Shown here piece by piece: positions 1 to 12,976 of a stretch of 64,000 nt of DNA (positions are counted from its first letter, which is position 1; each line of letters starts with the position of its first letter). Source of the stretch: Prasinococcaceae sp. CCMP 1430 (Eukaryota > Plantae > Prasinodermophyta); the NCBI GenBank assembly GCA_013416795.1, contig RQSC01000024.1, forward strand, positions 241,483 through 305,482, written 5' to 3'. Both the position numbers and the translations under genes were made by a program. The notes under the pieces were generated by a model. That model was not told the DNA's origin. It did not search any database and saw only the letters and a program-made list of their open reading frames with translations.

Positions 1-3000
1 TCCCGTACATCTCCTCATAGTATGCCTCGCCTGCTGAAAAATTGGCGTCTGGCACCACCATGCGATTGCGTGGGCACGCGCGCAGGCTGCAGTCGCCTCC
101 GAAAAACGGGGCATAGCACGCGCACTTGCCGGTGCCACCAACGCAGCGACGTTCACCAGTCTCAGGGTTAGACTCACATTGGCGCTGGTCGTCGCACGCG
201 CCGTTGCCCGTGCAGTTCGCTGGACAAAGCACGTGTGAGCAGTCGTCGAATGTGTACCCTTCGTAGCACTCACATGCCGGTGGAAATACTGCGGTATTGC
301 ACCATCCATGCCCTGCGCAGTCGTTGAGACAGCGACTCGCGCGCTCGGAAACTAACACTCCCAGCTCGCGCAAGCGATGCTCAAGAGGGCCATGCCCGCG
401 CTCTGTGAGCTCCTCACTCATGGCCGCCAGGCCGTCTTCCAGGTGGTGCGCAAGGCCATCCGCACGCACCACGCGCATGCGCGTGGCGTAAGAATGGGGC
501 GGCGTCGGATACGGAAATGAGTGGTCAATGTCGAGCGTCACTGCCACCAGCTGCTCGTCGTCCACTTCCGTGTACCCAAAGCCGTTTGGCAATCCCGCCT
601 CGGCAAGGGCGAGCTCTACTTGCGAGTGCAGCCGTGGCAGGTGCACCACTAGAAGCGACGTGCCAGGCGTCCACTCTGGCGCGTACTCTTCAGGCAGCCC
701 TGCGTACTCTTCGTAGCGCCTCGCGTACTGCGAGCACCTATCCGAGGCCGCGCGCATCAGGTCAACAATATCGTCGGACGCCACCGCCCGCCGGGCGAGG
801 TCTTCGTAGGGCACATCGGCAGGTTCGAGCACGACGCTCTCGATGCTGATGCCTCCTCGGCCGAATCGCACGTCCAAGACGTGCTCGCTGTTGTACGCAT
901 CGAAATCGCATGAGACTGTGTAGTTGGACGGTTTCGTCGAGCAGAGCGTCTCGATGAGCACGCGCAGCCGTGTGCCGGTGTGCTCGAGCACACGAGAACC
1001 CTTCATCGCGCCGCTGGAGAGCGCGTCCTCCAGCTGTGCGAACCAGCCGCCCAGGCTCTTGCCGCGGGCCACGGGGCCGCCCACACGCACAGCAAGCACG
1101 CGCGCATGCTGCGCGGCTATCGCCGAGCGCGCACGCACACCCAGGTCACGTACGGCCAAACCCATGCCCGCAACTTCGGCCGCGTCAAGCACGCGCTCAA
1201 TCTCGGCCTCCCTCAGCCACGGCTCGGCCAACAGGCCCGTCAGCAGCGTCCTGAGCGCAGATTCGGCCTTGCTGCGCCCATCCACGAGTGCGATGCCGGC
1301 GGCATCCTCAGGCAGCATGCCCACAGAGCCCGGCGCAGGCACGTGCTGATGATAACCGAGCGCCTTCGCTCGCAGCTGCGCCGCCTCGTGTTCTTGCCTC
1401 GTGGGGAAGAGCATTTGCCCCTCCGTCTCAGACAACAAGCTTGGCAGGGGAGCGACCTCGACGAAGAACGTCTGACGCACCACATAGATATGGTCGGTGG
1501 CCTCGAGCACAACACGGTGCCTGCCGGGCCTCGCGGCTTCCATTGCCGACTCCGGCACCTCCACGTCCGAGCGAAGCGGAATCCCGGATAGCACTTGCGC
1601 AAAGTCATCGTACACAAGCCAGACGGGCAACTCAATGGCCGAGATGGTCACGCCGGCCTGCTCGAAGGCAGCATCCGCGTCGCGCGCCACTGGCGTGTAC
1701 ATGTACAGGCTGTCTTCCGCAATCTCAAGCGGCGGCGAGGACACGAACACCGGCGGGTCTGCGTAAGTGAAGCCACGCAGGGGTACGCCCCAGCGCGGGT
1801 CGACCTCGCCTGGCGCGCAGTCCGTAAACGGGTACTCCTGGCTCTCCGCACCGCAGTGGCCGGACTGATGCCCACCGAAGGGCCCATGCTTGAGGTTGCG
1901 ATCGTAGTCTCCCACTACGACGCTCACGGTGACGCCCACGCCCTCGCCTGGCGGCGTGAGGCACACCAGCGAGCCGCGCTGCGTCATTCTAAGCTCGGTG
2001 CATTCTTGCTCGCCGACGAAGACCGTGAGGCCGTCCACGCTCGAACCAAAGTTCTTGCCGGTAATCTCAATAAGCGTGCCGCCCGAGCGTGGCCCCGCGA
2101 AGGGCTCGACGGAGAGAACCTGCACCCACGCGCGTGGCACGACGAAGCTGTCCAAAGCCATCCATCCGAAGTCGCAGCAGCGGTAGTCGATGATGTCAAG
2201 CACGTACTTCTCGCCGACGGCATTGAGCTCGCGCAGCTGCTCTGCGCTGAGCTGCTCGGCCATCCAGAATCGCCGCGAGCGCACAGGCACCGTCGCCACG
2301 CGATAGTTGTCTCGAAGACGCGTCAGCGCCACACCCAGTGAGCCCTCACCCACCGCCGCCAGGTCCAATGTCGCACGCGGCATGGCTGGGACGCTCACAT
2401 CCCCGCCGTTGGACCTGAAGGTGAGGTCACCGTCACCGAGCACGAAGGGCACCGAGCGCACGTGCAGCAGGCCGTGAGTGAGCTCGCGACGCTCCAGCGG
2501 GTACGCTGAGCACAGCTGGAAGTGGCCGGACTGTGGAGGCCGGAAGCAGTCCCGCCGGACGGCAAAATTAGGCATGCCAGATGACTGAACGCATGCGCGT
2601 GCGCGTGGGTGCAGAGGGTCAGCAGTGCGCAGCTTGCCTCGATCCTCACCCTGCAAGCGCTCTCGGGCGCACACGGACCTTGAGGAACCAGAACGGCTCG
2701 AATGTGCCCTCCTCGAAGCCCCATCTGAGCGGCTCAACGGTGTAGTACCTGCGCGCGTACGGTGGTACGTTGTGCGGCTGCGAGTGGCCGTATCCGACGG
2801 GATCGTGAGAGTAAAGCCAATCCTCGGGAACGCCGGCGCCCTTAAGACCATATACCTCACGCAATGGCATCCCTGCGCGCCCAGCTCGCGCAGCGAGCTC
2901 CCGCTCCATGATGTGCCGCGCGCCAAAGCCCGCGGCCATCGCAAGCACGAGGTCTGCGTCAACCTCACCCGCCTTGTTCGCCGCATCGGGATTGATGGGC

Positions 3001-3613
3001 GCGAAGACGCCGCGCTCGTGCGGGCCGTAGAGCTCCGGGTCCAGGGGCCGATCCCCGACGTAAGGCCCGCTATCCTCTCGAGGCAGCCGGTCGCCGGGGT
3101 AAGCTGCGCGCCTACAGCTCACCCACATGTTGTCGCGATAGCCCTGGGTGTCGGGATCGAGGTCGGGTAGCTTGGAAAATGGCAGCGGCTGGGGTTCGTG
3201 GCCCCCGCTGTAGTGCCCCTGATCCCTCACGCGATCGCCGTCCACTGCGACGCCACACTCGTCGTCCCACACCTCGTACTCCGTGCCACTCATGAGCTTC
3301 CGAGGGCGGTACACGCGGGTGCGCTTCTCCGGGTTGGGCGAGTCCGGGTCGTACGTGTAGTAGCCGTACCGCTCGGGGAGCCCGTTGGACGCGCTTGTGC
3401 GCCACGCATACGTGTGCACGTAACCGGGCGACTCGAGGAATACCTCGTCCTCGCGGTTCTCCTTGCGGAAGAACGCGGCATCGAGGCCCTCGCGGTCGTC
3501 GTCCCAGTGCTCCTCGAGGTCCCATGCGGCGCGCACGGCGCGAGGCGCATGCGAGAGGGCCAGCAGCGCGCACAGCGCTGCTGCGCCGCACGCCGCGCGC
3601 CGCCCGCCCCCAT
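1..3613 (-). CDS. Large secreted/cell-surface protein with IPT/TIG domain, Ig/cadherin-like (He_PIG-type) repeat and tenascin-type EGF repeats; 3' end runs off the window
   Basis: Exon 1 about 3613-2679 (signal-peptide-like AAALCALLALSHAPRAVRAA). Intron 2678-2585 (GTCCGT...TTCAG, phase 0). Exon 2 is an open frame from 2584 to beyond position 1 (my manual translation). TIG motif VLSVEPFAGPRSGGTLIEITGKNFG...VCLTPPG at about 2130-1900; PPVFVSSPPLEIAEDSLYMYTPVARDAD...LSGIP at about 1760-1580; EGF repeats CLNDCAGHGWC...CECYEGYTFDDC and CPANCTGNGAC...CACYAPFFGGDC at about 335-85. The ATG at 3613 is one base out of frame with exon 1. Confidence 0.75.
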
Positions 3614-4071
3614 GCGCCTGCGCCTGCTCCGCGCGGCTTCTTTTGCGGCGTAAAAAAAGGGGATAAAAAAACGGATGCGCCACAGCGCGCGCGCGGCGCG
3701 CCCTGTGCCCCCCTCCTCCTCCCCTCCCCACACCGCACGCTACACACCCGCGGGTTGGACACCTGTCCCTCTGGCCCGTCCCCCCCCAACGAGGCAACCT
3801 GGTTCAATCTCGCAACAACGACAAGACACCCTAATACATCCTACCGCAATCCCGGTCCTCCCGCCGATAGACCGGGTCATCGAGCGCGCGGGGGCCTTCT
3901 CGGGACCGGCGACGACCTCATTTCTCCTTGCTTGACCGTTGCACAACGGAATCGTAGGTACAAAAAGGCACCGTACTAGGTACCAGGCCAGCACAGCTTT
4001 TAGGTGTAGGTGCGGCGCACGCGCAGCTGCGCCGACGGCGTGCTGCGCAGCTAATTCAGCGTGCTGCGCAG

Positions 4072-6293
4072 CTAATTCAGCGAGGCGTACATTGCAGCGA
4101 TCTCCTTGCTATACTTCTCCTTGAGCTGCGGACGCTTCGCCTTAAAAGTGGGCGTCGTGAGGCCGTTGTCCACGCTCCAAAGCTCCCAGTCGAGCATGAC
4201 AGCCTTTGGCAGCTCGAAGCCCTGCAGGCGCGACTTGGCGCCCTCCTTGAGCATGGAAGCGAGCACCGCCTCGCGCGCCTCGGGCAGCCGCGAGAGCGCC
4301 TCGGGCGTGCGCTCACCACCGATGCCGTTCTCGTCCGCCCAGGCGACGATGGCCTCTGGGTCGACGACGACCACCGACACGAGGCACGGCTGCAACGAGT
4401 CGCCGTGCACGAAGACCTGGGCGGCAAGCGGAGAGCGGCCGAAAACGCCCTCGAGCTTCTCAGGGGCGACGTACTCGCCTTGTGCAAGCTTGAAAATATT
4501 CTTCTTTCGGTCGATAACCTTGAGGCGCCCGCCGGGGATCCACGTGCCAATGTCCCCTGTGTGCAGCCAGCCGTCCCCATCGATTGTCTCGCGGGTCTTT
4601 TTCTCGTCCTTGAGATACCCGCGGAAGACGCTCGGGCCGCGCACGCAGATCTCACCTCGCGCAAATGGCTTATCGCTCGTCGTGTAATTCATCTCGGGCA
4701 CCGACACGAGCTTGATTTCGTTGACGACGGCCGGCGGCCCGACGTTGCCACCCTCCGTCTCCCCGGGCGCCGTCGAAGACATCACGCCGCCCTCGGTCAT
4801 GCCATAGCCCTCTACTACCTCGCAGCTGAAAGCAGCGCGCAGGAAGTCGAGCACTTCAGCGCTGATGGGCGCCGAGCCGGTGGTCATCACACGCACCCGC
4901 CCGCCGAGCTTTGCCTTAATCTTGTTGAAGACCAGCCGCTCCCAAATCGGGTTGGGCTTCTTGCCCGCCTTGTATGCCGCGCGGTTGGATGCCATGGCCA
5001 TTGCGAACAGCCGCTGCTTCACGGCACCGCCCTCGCGTACCTGCTGGTGGACCTGGCGGAGGCACCAAGGTGGCGCCAGGCGCGCGGCAGTCGCGACGGG
5101 TGTCAGCTTTTGAAGCCAATGCAGCACACGAGCGAGGGCGCAGCGGAGGGGACGAATCCAACGTCCACATGCACGCGCGCGTTCGCGCGGGTACTCACCC
5201 CATCGTAGATGCGGTTGAACAGGCGCGGCACAGAAGAAAAACACGTAGGCCTGAGTTCGGCGATGTCATCCAGTAGCTTGAGCATGTCACCGCGGAAGAA
5301 ACCACAGCGCACACCACGGTGCAGGTTGGACACCAGGGCGAGGCGCTCGTAGATGTGCGCCAGCGGTAGGTACGAGATGTGTGTGTCAATGGTGTCAGGG
5401 TCCGTCTTGCCGACCATCATGCGGCGCTCACACGAGGCCGCGTTGGACACCAGATTGCGGTGGGTGATGAGCGCGCCCTTAGGCAGACCCGTCGTGCCGC
5501 TCGTGTAGCAGACGGTCGCGACGTCGTCCGCATCGCCGGGCGTAAACTCCCGCGGATTCTGTGCGCCCTCGCTCAGCATCACCGAGTAGTGCACCACGTC
5601 TGCGCTCGGGCACACTGGCAGCGCCTTGTCCGACATGAGCGTGTGCTCGGGCGCCACCACCACCAACTTAACATTGGTCTTGGGCACGACGGGCATGAGC
5701 TTGGCGAGCTCATTTGTGGAGCACACGACCGCCTTGAGGTTCGCGTGGTTGCAGATATACTCCACCACGTCCGCACCGAGAGTGTCGTATAGCGGCACAG
5801 ACACGATCCCCATCGCGGAGCACGCGAGCTCGGCGACGGCCCACTCCAAGCGATTCACCATGTACAGGCCGACTGCATCTCCCTTGAAGATGCCGCGGCC
5901 GCGCAGCGCAGAACCGAGGTTCGCGCGCGCTTCAGCCACCTGCTTGTAGGTGTGCCACACGTACGGCTCGCGGCCCGGCGGGGGCGCGCGTGTACCCATG
6001 CACTCGCGGTCAGCGTACCTCTTCAGCCCCGCCTCGAAGCTGTCGTGGGTCGTGCGCACGAGGGGGTCGTCCTCGTAGAAGTCGATCAGCGCCCGCGGCG
6101 ACTGGGCGCTGCGGTAGACGTCCCAGTTGGAGTCGTTCAGGCGCTCGGGTAACACGGCTGCCAGACCGGCCGGCGACGCGCCGATCGCCACGCTCGCCTC
6201 GAGTGCTCCAGCCTCATCCCTGCTGGCCTGTGTGCCCCTCCCTGCGCACACATGGCACGCGACCGCCGCGGCACGGCGCCGCGCGGCGTCCAT
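4072..6293 (-). CDS. LACS: Long-chain acyl-CoA synthetase, plant peroxisomal LACS6/7-like
   Basis: AMP-binding motif YTSGTTGLPKG, SYLPLAHIYER, YGMTE, GWLHTGDIG, IDRKKNIFKLAQGEYVAPEKLE, LTTPTFKAKR. Exons 6293-5199 and 5052-4072, intron 5198-5053 (GTGAGT...GCCAG). Confidence 0.95.
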
Positions 6294-6989
6294 CGCGCTG
6301 AGCGAGGCGCGCGCGGGCCGTGAGGATGGTGAGGTCAGCGCGAGTTGCGGGCGCGCTCGTCGATGCTCGTCTGATACTCACGTGCGCGATGGGGGCCGCG
6401 CGGCGCAAGCCGGCAGCGCCAAGACGCGCCAGCCTGCGCGCGGCGCCTCCTCAGCCCTCTGCGCTCGCCTAGATCCCCCCGTTTACCGCCTCCTCTACCA
6501 CTTCCTCCCTCCCACCCACATCAACACCCCTGGCGCGCCGCGCAGGCCCCGACCGACCTGGTCCACGCCGCGAGCGCGAATCGGAAGTGCCGCGGCTGCC
6601 CCCGCGCGGCGCGGCGCGCAGGCGCGCGAAGGCGCGCCCGCCTCCGCACCGCCGCTCGCACGAGGCGCGCGCGCGCGTGACAGGAGGCTCCTTGACCAAT
6701 CCCAGCCCCTCGCGCCCTCACCTGCCCTCGCCCCGACGCAGCGCGTACGCGCTGTGGGGGTGCTGCGGAGCAGAAAAGCGTCGTCTCGAGAGAGCGAGAG
6801 GGAAAAAAACAGAGCTGCAATATAAAAACGGGAGAGTAATAGCATATGTCGAAATGAATTGGATTCTTCACGCGCGAACGCAGATGCGGATCTTTTTTTT
6901 TTTTTTTTACGCGGGGGCGCCACGNNNNNNNNNNNNNNNNNNNNNNNNNNNNNNNNNNNNNNNNNNNNNNNNNNNNNNNNNNNNNNNNN

Positions 6990-7878
6990 CGGCGTCCGCC
7001 GCCGCCGGGCCGCGAGTCGCGCGAATGTGTACGTCAGCGGCCGCGCGGCGGCCGCGCGGCGCGCGAGCGCAGCGGCACGACGCGTGTCAGTGCGAACCCT
7101 AAGTGGTGCACCGGTGCGGCGCCCTCTCTCTCTCGTGCTGACTCGTGCGCGCCGCCGCTGGCCTTATGCCCCACCACACGTCGTCCCACTCAACCTCGCA
7201 TCGCCTGTCTCACAGATGCTGCCGCCGCTGATACCGCCGAAGAGTCCTCCAAGGCCGCGCTCGATGCGCTCATGGCCGAGTCGTGGAAGGACGGAGTGTA
7301 CCCGGCGATGCACTACAAGGTGCGCGCGTGGCTGCGGCGCAGGGCCGCGGCGCGGTTGCCGCGCCCCGCCTGGCCACTCTCGCTCGCCTGCCTGCGATTG
7401 ACACCACGCCGCCGTCTCTGACGCCGCGCGCCGCTGCCGCTCGCCTCCCCTGCAGATCGACGCGGCGTACAAGAAGGCCCCCGAGGGCGAGACCAAGGAC
7501 AAGCTCTTCGCGGCGATGAAGAGCGCCGAGGCGGTCACGGACTTCGGTGCCATCATCGACCACTTCCGCACGGAGGTGGACGAGCAGACCGGCGGCAAGT
7601 TCGGCGACAGCACCGCGAAAGAGCTGAGCGACGAGCACGCGGCGACGCTGCATCTCATCCTGGAGCGCTACGAGGAGTATCTCGGCTCGTTCGGCGAGGA
7701 CGAGGCCGAGCTGAGCAAGAAGGTGGAGCAGGAGCTGGGATGGAGCATGCTGCAGCTGAAGCAGCGCGTGACGGGCAACCTGGGCACTTCGTGGTCGGCG
7801 ATGCCCGTCTTCGGCACCAGCGGCATGGCGGGCTCCATCGTCGACAAGCGCTCGCTCGGCGGCCAGAAGGCGTTGTGA
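6990..7878 (+). CDS. SDH5: Succinate dehydrogenase subunit 5 (plant-type SDH5)-like mitochondrial protein; start codon lost in the N-gap
   Basis: Exons about 6990-7104, 7216-7319 and 7456-7878 join in frame by GT-AG rules. SAEAVTDFGAII, LSDEHAATL..ILERYEEYLGSFGEDE..LSKKVEQELG and W...VFGTSGMAGSIVDKR match my recollection of angiosperm SDH5. The N-terminus is Arg/Ala/Ser-rich, ending RTLS/D like a mitochondrial presequence. Confidence 0.75.
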
Positions 7879-8645
7879 GCGCCCGACGCACATCGCGTCC
7901 CCACGCGGCGCGCGGGCGCTGCGCATGTACCATTTTTCCTTGTTTCCAGTCGCCGCCGCGGCCCGTGCGCGCGCGAGCGTTCCCCTCCCCCCCCGCCAGT
8001 CGACCCAAACCTTCCCACCTGCTGCGCCCCTCCCCGCCCCCGCCCCCCACTTGGCGTGCGCGTCCGCGCCCGGTGCCCCGCCCCCGCCGCCGCGCTCGCA
8101 CGCGACGCGGTTCGGGTCACACGCGCTTTTTAGGGCACGGATCACGCTCCAACAGGGTTTACAATTCGAATCCCAATTGCCCAATCCCACGTACCCTCCA
8201 ATTCGCGACCCAAACCAAGCCTGCGCTTCGATGGAAGGGTTTTTTTTTTTTTTCGACGCGCGCGCGCGCGCGCGAGCGCCGCGGTTGCCGTTGTGATGGC
8301 CCGCGGGCCCGCGCCGCTTTTTTTTTTTTCAATTCCTCGCGGGCGCCGCCGGAAGAGGCGGGTGCGGTTTGATGGCGCGCGCCCGAAGCGGAAGCAGCCA
8401 AGGAAGGGGCCCGCTCGCGCGCGCGCGCGCGCGCGCGCACCCTAATTTCTTCGCGGGAGGAGGTTTCGGCGGCGCACGGCGCGGGGAGCCGCCCAGGGGG
8501 AATGCGGGTGAATGTGGACGCGCCGACGGCGCCGCGGAACGGAGCGCGGGCAAAAGCGGAAAACGCGCGTGCGCGCGCGCGCGCNGCGCGCGCGCGTTGA
8601 CCGGGCCCGCGGGCGCTGCCCTCTCCCGCCCTCGGCGGCCGCTGA

Positions 8646-9944
<1,299 letters not shown>

Positions 9945-10442
9945 GCGTCTCGCACCCATCTCACGCCGCGCCGCTCGATGTACAATATCTTGTAGCGCGC
10001 AACCCCAACCTTCACGCACAAAATCTCAAGCATGTAACAGCTCTCAGTTGCTACACAACATGGTGCAGCACATGCGAGGCGTGCTGGGTGAGGCGGAAGC
10101 GCGCCAATGCGCAGGCCCGCACTTCGTGGCACACCACGACCTGTACGGCGTCGGCCGCGATGCCATCTGCACCATGGGATGAGTATGTGTGTGTGTGCAC
10201 GCGCGCGCGCGCGCGCGCGTGGCGTAGATGTGTGTAAGTGGATCTTTTCTGTGTCTGAGTCACCCGAGGCCAGGGCCTGCGCCGGCGCGACGTGCGCGCT
10301 CTGTCCCCACCGAGCGCGTTCGAGCAGCGGCTGTTTTCGCGCGCGAACTCGCGAGGCTGCCACAGGTGGTGCCACAGAGCGCGCGTGGGAGAGAGCCCGC
10401 CCGCGCGCCCGGTGGGTCGGGCCGTTTGCGGCAGCTGGCACT

Positions 10443-12164
10443 ATGGTGCCAACGCCAGCGTGCGGGCTGCCGCGGGCCCGCCCGCTCTCCCGCGTACCGG
10501 GCGGCGCACGCGCCGTCGCGCCCGCTGGTGCTGGCGGCGTGCGCACGCGCGTACGCCCGTGTGCGAGGGCGGGCGCCGGCGCCAGCGCTGGCAGCAGGCG
10601 GGATGGCGCCGACGTTGGCGCCGCTGGCGTCGGCACCGAGGTCGGGGCTGACGGCGATGGCGTGGACGTTGTGCTCATCACGAATGGCCCGGGCGAGCTC
10701 ACGTCGTGGGTACAGCCTGTTGCCGCCGCACTTCGGGCGCGCGGGTGCGCGGATGCGGCGGCGCGCACGCGCGTGAGCGTCGTGCTCACGCCGTGCCCAC
10801 ACGCGAGCGGCGCCGAGCCGGAGGCCGCCATGCGCATCGCAGACTCTGGCCGTGTCTGCGTCGCGGGCGACTTCTTCCGCCTGCTTCTGTTCCTGCGCGG
10901 CGCCGGCTGGCGGCGCTGGGGCTTCCGGAGGCGCGGCGTCGTGGTCTTCCTTGGTGGCGACCAGCTGCACGCGGTGCTGCTCGCGTGGCGACTCGGATAT
11001 GCGTGCGTGATCTACGCCGAAGAGGAGGCGCGCTGGCCGCGACTCGCGCGATACGCGTTGCGCTCGCCGGAGCTGCTCGTGAAAGTGCCGCAGAACGCAC
11101 GCGAACGCGGGTCGGCAAGGGTCGTCGGTGACCTTTTCGCGGACGCCGTGCGCGGGGGCAGCGCGGACGGCAGCGCCGGCGCCAAGTTCGACGCCAGTGT
11201 GCTGCCGCTCGCCAATGCGCGCGCAGGTGTCACGGATACGGATGCGCCAGCCGTCGCGGACGCCGTCGGGCACGTGAATTCAGACGCGAACGTGCTGACA
11301 GTAGGCCTGCTGCCGGGTTCCAAGCTCGCGAAGCTGCTCATCGCCGTGCCCTTCATGCTAGCCACCGCCGACGCGCTGGTGAAAATCCTCGCACTCGCGA
11401 GCGCTGGAGACAACGCCGCATCCAGGAACGTGCGCTTCGTGCTGCCGCTGGCGCCGACAGCTGACGTGGACACCCTCGCACGCTGCGCACGCGCCGAGTC
11501 GAACGAGTACGTGCGCCGCCTCGGCTGGGCGGAGGCAGACCTGGAGGACCCCGCTGGCGAGCTCGAAGTGTGCGCCATCCGCACGCGTGCAGGCACGCGC
11601 GCGAGCGTTGTGCGCGCGAGCTTGCACAGACACGCGGCACCCTACGAAGTGTACACCGAGTGCGACCTGGTGCTCACGACCATTGGAACCAATACTGCCG
11701 AGCTAGGCGTGCTGGGCGTGCCCATGGTGGTCGTGCTGCCCACGCAAGCGCTGGAGGTCTTCAAGGGCGGCGCCGGGGGGATCGCCGGCCTCTTGTGCCG
11801 CCTCCCAGGCGCGCTGGGAGACTTCTTTACACGTCGCGTCAATGCTGCCCTTCTCGCTGCGGCGGGTGCGTTGGCATGGCCGAACCGATGGGCAGGTCGC
11901 GAGGTGGTACCGGAGCTCGTGGGCGCGCTCACACCCGAGACTGTCGCGCGAGCGTGTGCGAGTCTGCTCCTGGAGCCAGCGCGGCTGAGAGCCATGCGCG
12001 CAGAATTGAGAGCGGCGTCGGGTTCGCAGGGCGCCGCGCATGCCGGCGGCGCCGCGCACGCGCTCGTAGAGATGGCCGCGGAGGCGGTGGTGGAGAGGTG
12101 GCCACAGGGGAGCGGGTCGGGAGACGGACGAGGGCCCAACGAGGCCGCCTTCGCGCACGCATGA
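10443..12164 (+). CDS. LpxB-like (lipid-A-disaccharide synthase-like) GT-B glycosyltransferase, cyanobacterial-type, with N-terminal transit-peptide-like extension
   Basis: Intronless ORF with ITNGPGELTSWV, SVVLTPCPHASGAE, GVVVFLGGDQ, YAEEEARW, VVGDL, VGLLPGSK, TTIGTNTAELGVLGVPMVV and AWPNRWAGREVVPEL. The first roughly 50 aa are Arg/Ala/Pro-rich with no acidic residues. Confidence 0.75.
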   Translation: MVPTPACGLPRARPLSRVPGGARAVAPAGAGGVRTRVRPCARAGAGASAGSRRDGADVGAAGVGTEVGADGDGVDVVLITNGPGELTSWVQPVAAALRARGCADAAARTRVSVVLTPCPHASGAEPEAAMRIADSGRVCVAGDFFRLLLFLRGAGWRRWGFRRRGVVVFLGGDQLHAVLLAWRLGYACVIYAEEEARWPRLARYALRSPELLVKVPQNARERGSARVVGDLFADAVRGGSADGSAGAKFDASVLPLANARAGVTDTDAPAVADAVGHVNSDANVLTVGLLPGSKLAKLLIAVPFMLATADALVKILALASAGDNAASRNVRFVLPLAPTADVDTLARCARAESNEYVRRLGWAEADLEDPAGELEVCAIRTRAGTRASVVRASLHRHAAPYEVYTECDLVLTTIGTNTAELGVLGVPMVVVLPTQALEVFKGGAGGIAGLLCRLPGALGDFFTRRVNAALLAAAGALAWPNRWAGREVVPELVGALTPETVARACASLLLEPARLRAMRAELRAASGSQGAAHAGGAAHALVEMAAEAVVERWPQGSGSGDGRGPNEAAFAHA

Positions 12165-12247
12165 CGCGAGCTGCGCGAGCGTGCTCGGCTAATGTGGACC
12201 ATGTATTATGACGACGCAGCAATAGATATGCGTGCGTCATCAGTGTG

Positions 12248-12976
12248 CTATTCTGAGTCGCCCTCGCCACCTGGCGTCGCTATGTCACACGCGGCCATCC
12301 CCGCTGTGACTGCGTCGGCCGGCGTCGCTGCCATCGTAGGCACGAACGTCTGCGTCGGAGGTTCGCGCACCTCGCCCCCCATTTCCGCAGCCCCCTCGCT
12401 CCCGGCCGCGTCGGCACTCTGTGGCCCGATGCCCGCGCACATCTCGTCTCTGAACGAGCTCGTCAGCTTGCTGAGGCCCTCCTTAAACTTCTGCATGTCG
12501 CCAGCGTCCTGCGTTGCAAAGAATTCCATGAGCCGCTCCTTTTGGGCCTGCCACGCCGCTACCACCTCTGGGCTTTCATCCTGCAGGTAGAGCGCGTCTA
12601 GCTGGTCGAAGCCGCCAGCAAGCTTGGCGGCTACGCGACCTGTGCGCCGCGCGGGACCGTGCAACAGCCCACGAGCGTGCGGGCACGAAGGGATGCACCG
12701 CTTTGGTCAACAGCCAGCGCAAGCAAGCACAGGCGAAGGCGAGTCTACTCGCGTGCAATACGCGCGCGCGTGCCCGCACGCACCCCGGATAGCAGTTTGT
12801 GACATGCCGGCAGCGTCAGCCGCGGCCTCGGCCTCAGCGCCTGCGCTGTGCCTCGCAGGAGGCAGAGGCGGAGGCGGAGGCGCCGGCGGTGCTGCCGCTG
12901 CCTCCGCCGCGGGCGGGCCGTCCTCTGCGGCGGCGCGGTCATCGCTGCCGTCCATCGCCTCAGCGCGCGCCTCCAA
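12248..12976 (-). CDS. Hypothetical two-exon acidic/Ala-Pro-rich protein
   Basis: Exon 1 from ATG 12976 to about 12786 (donor GTGCGT) joins in frame with exon 2 from about 12640 to 12248 (GRVAAKLAGGFDQLDALYLQDESPEVV...). Codon usage looks genic; no family recognised. Confidence 0.5.
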
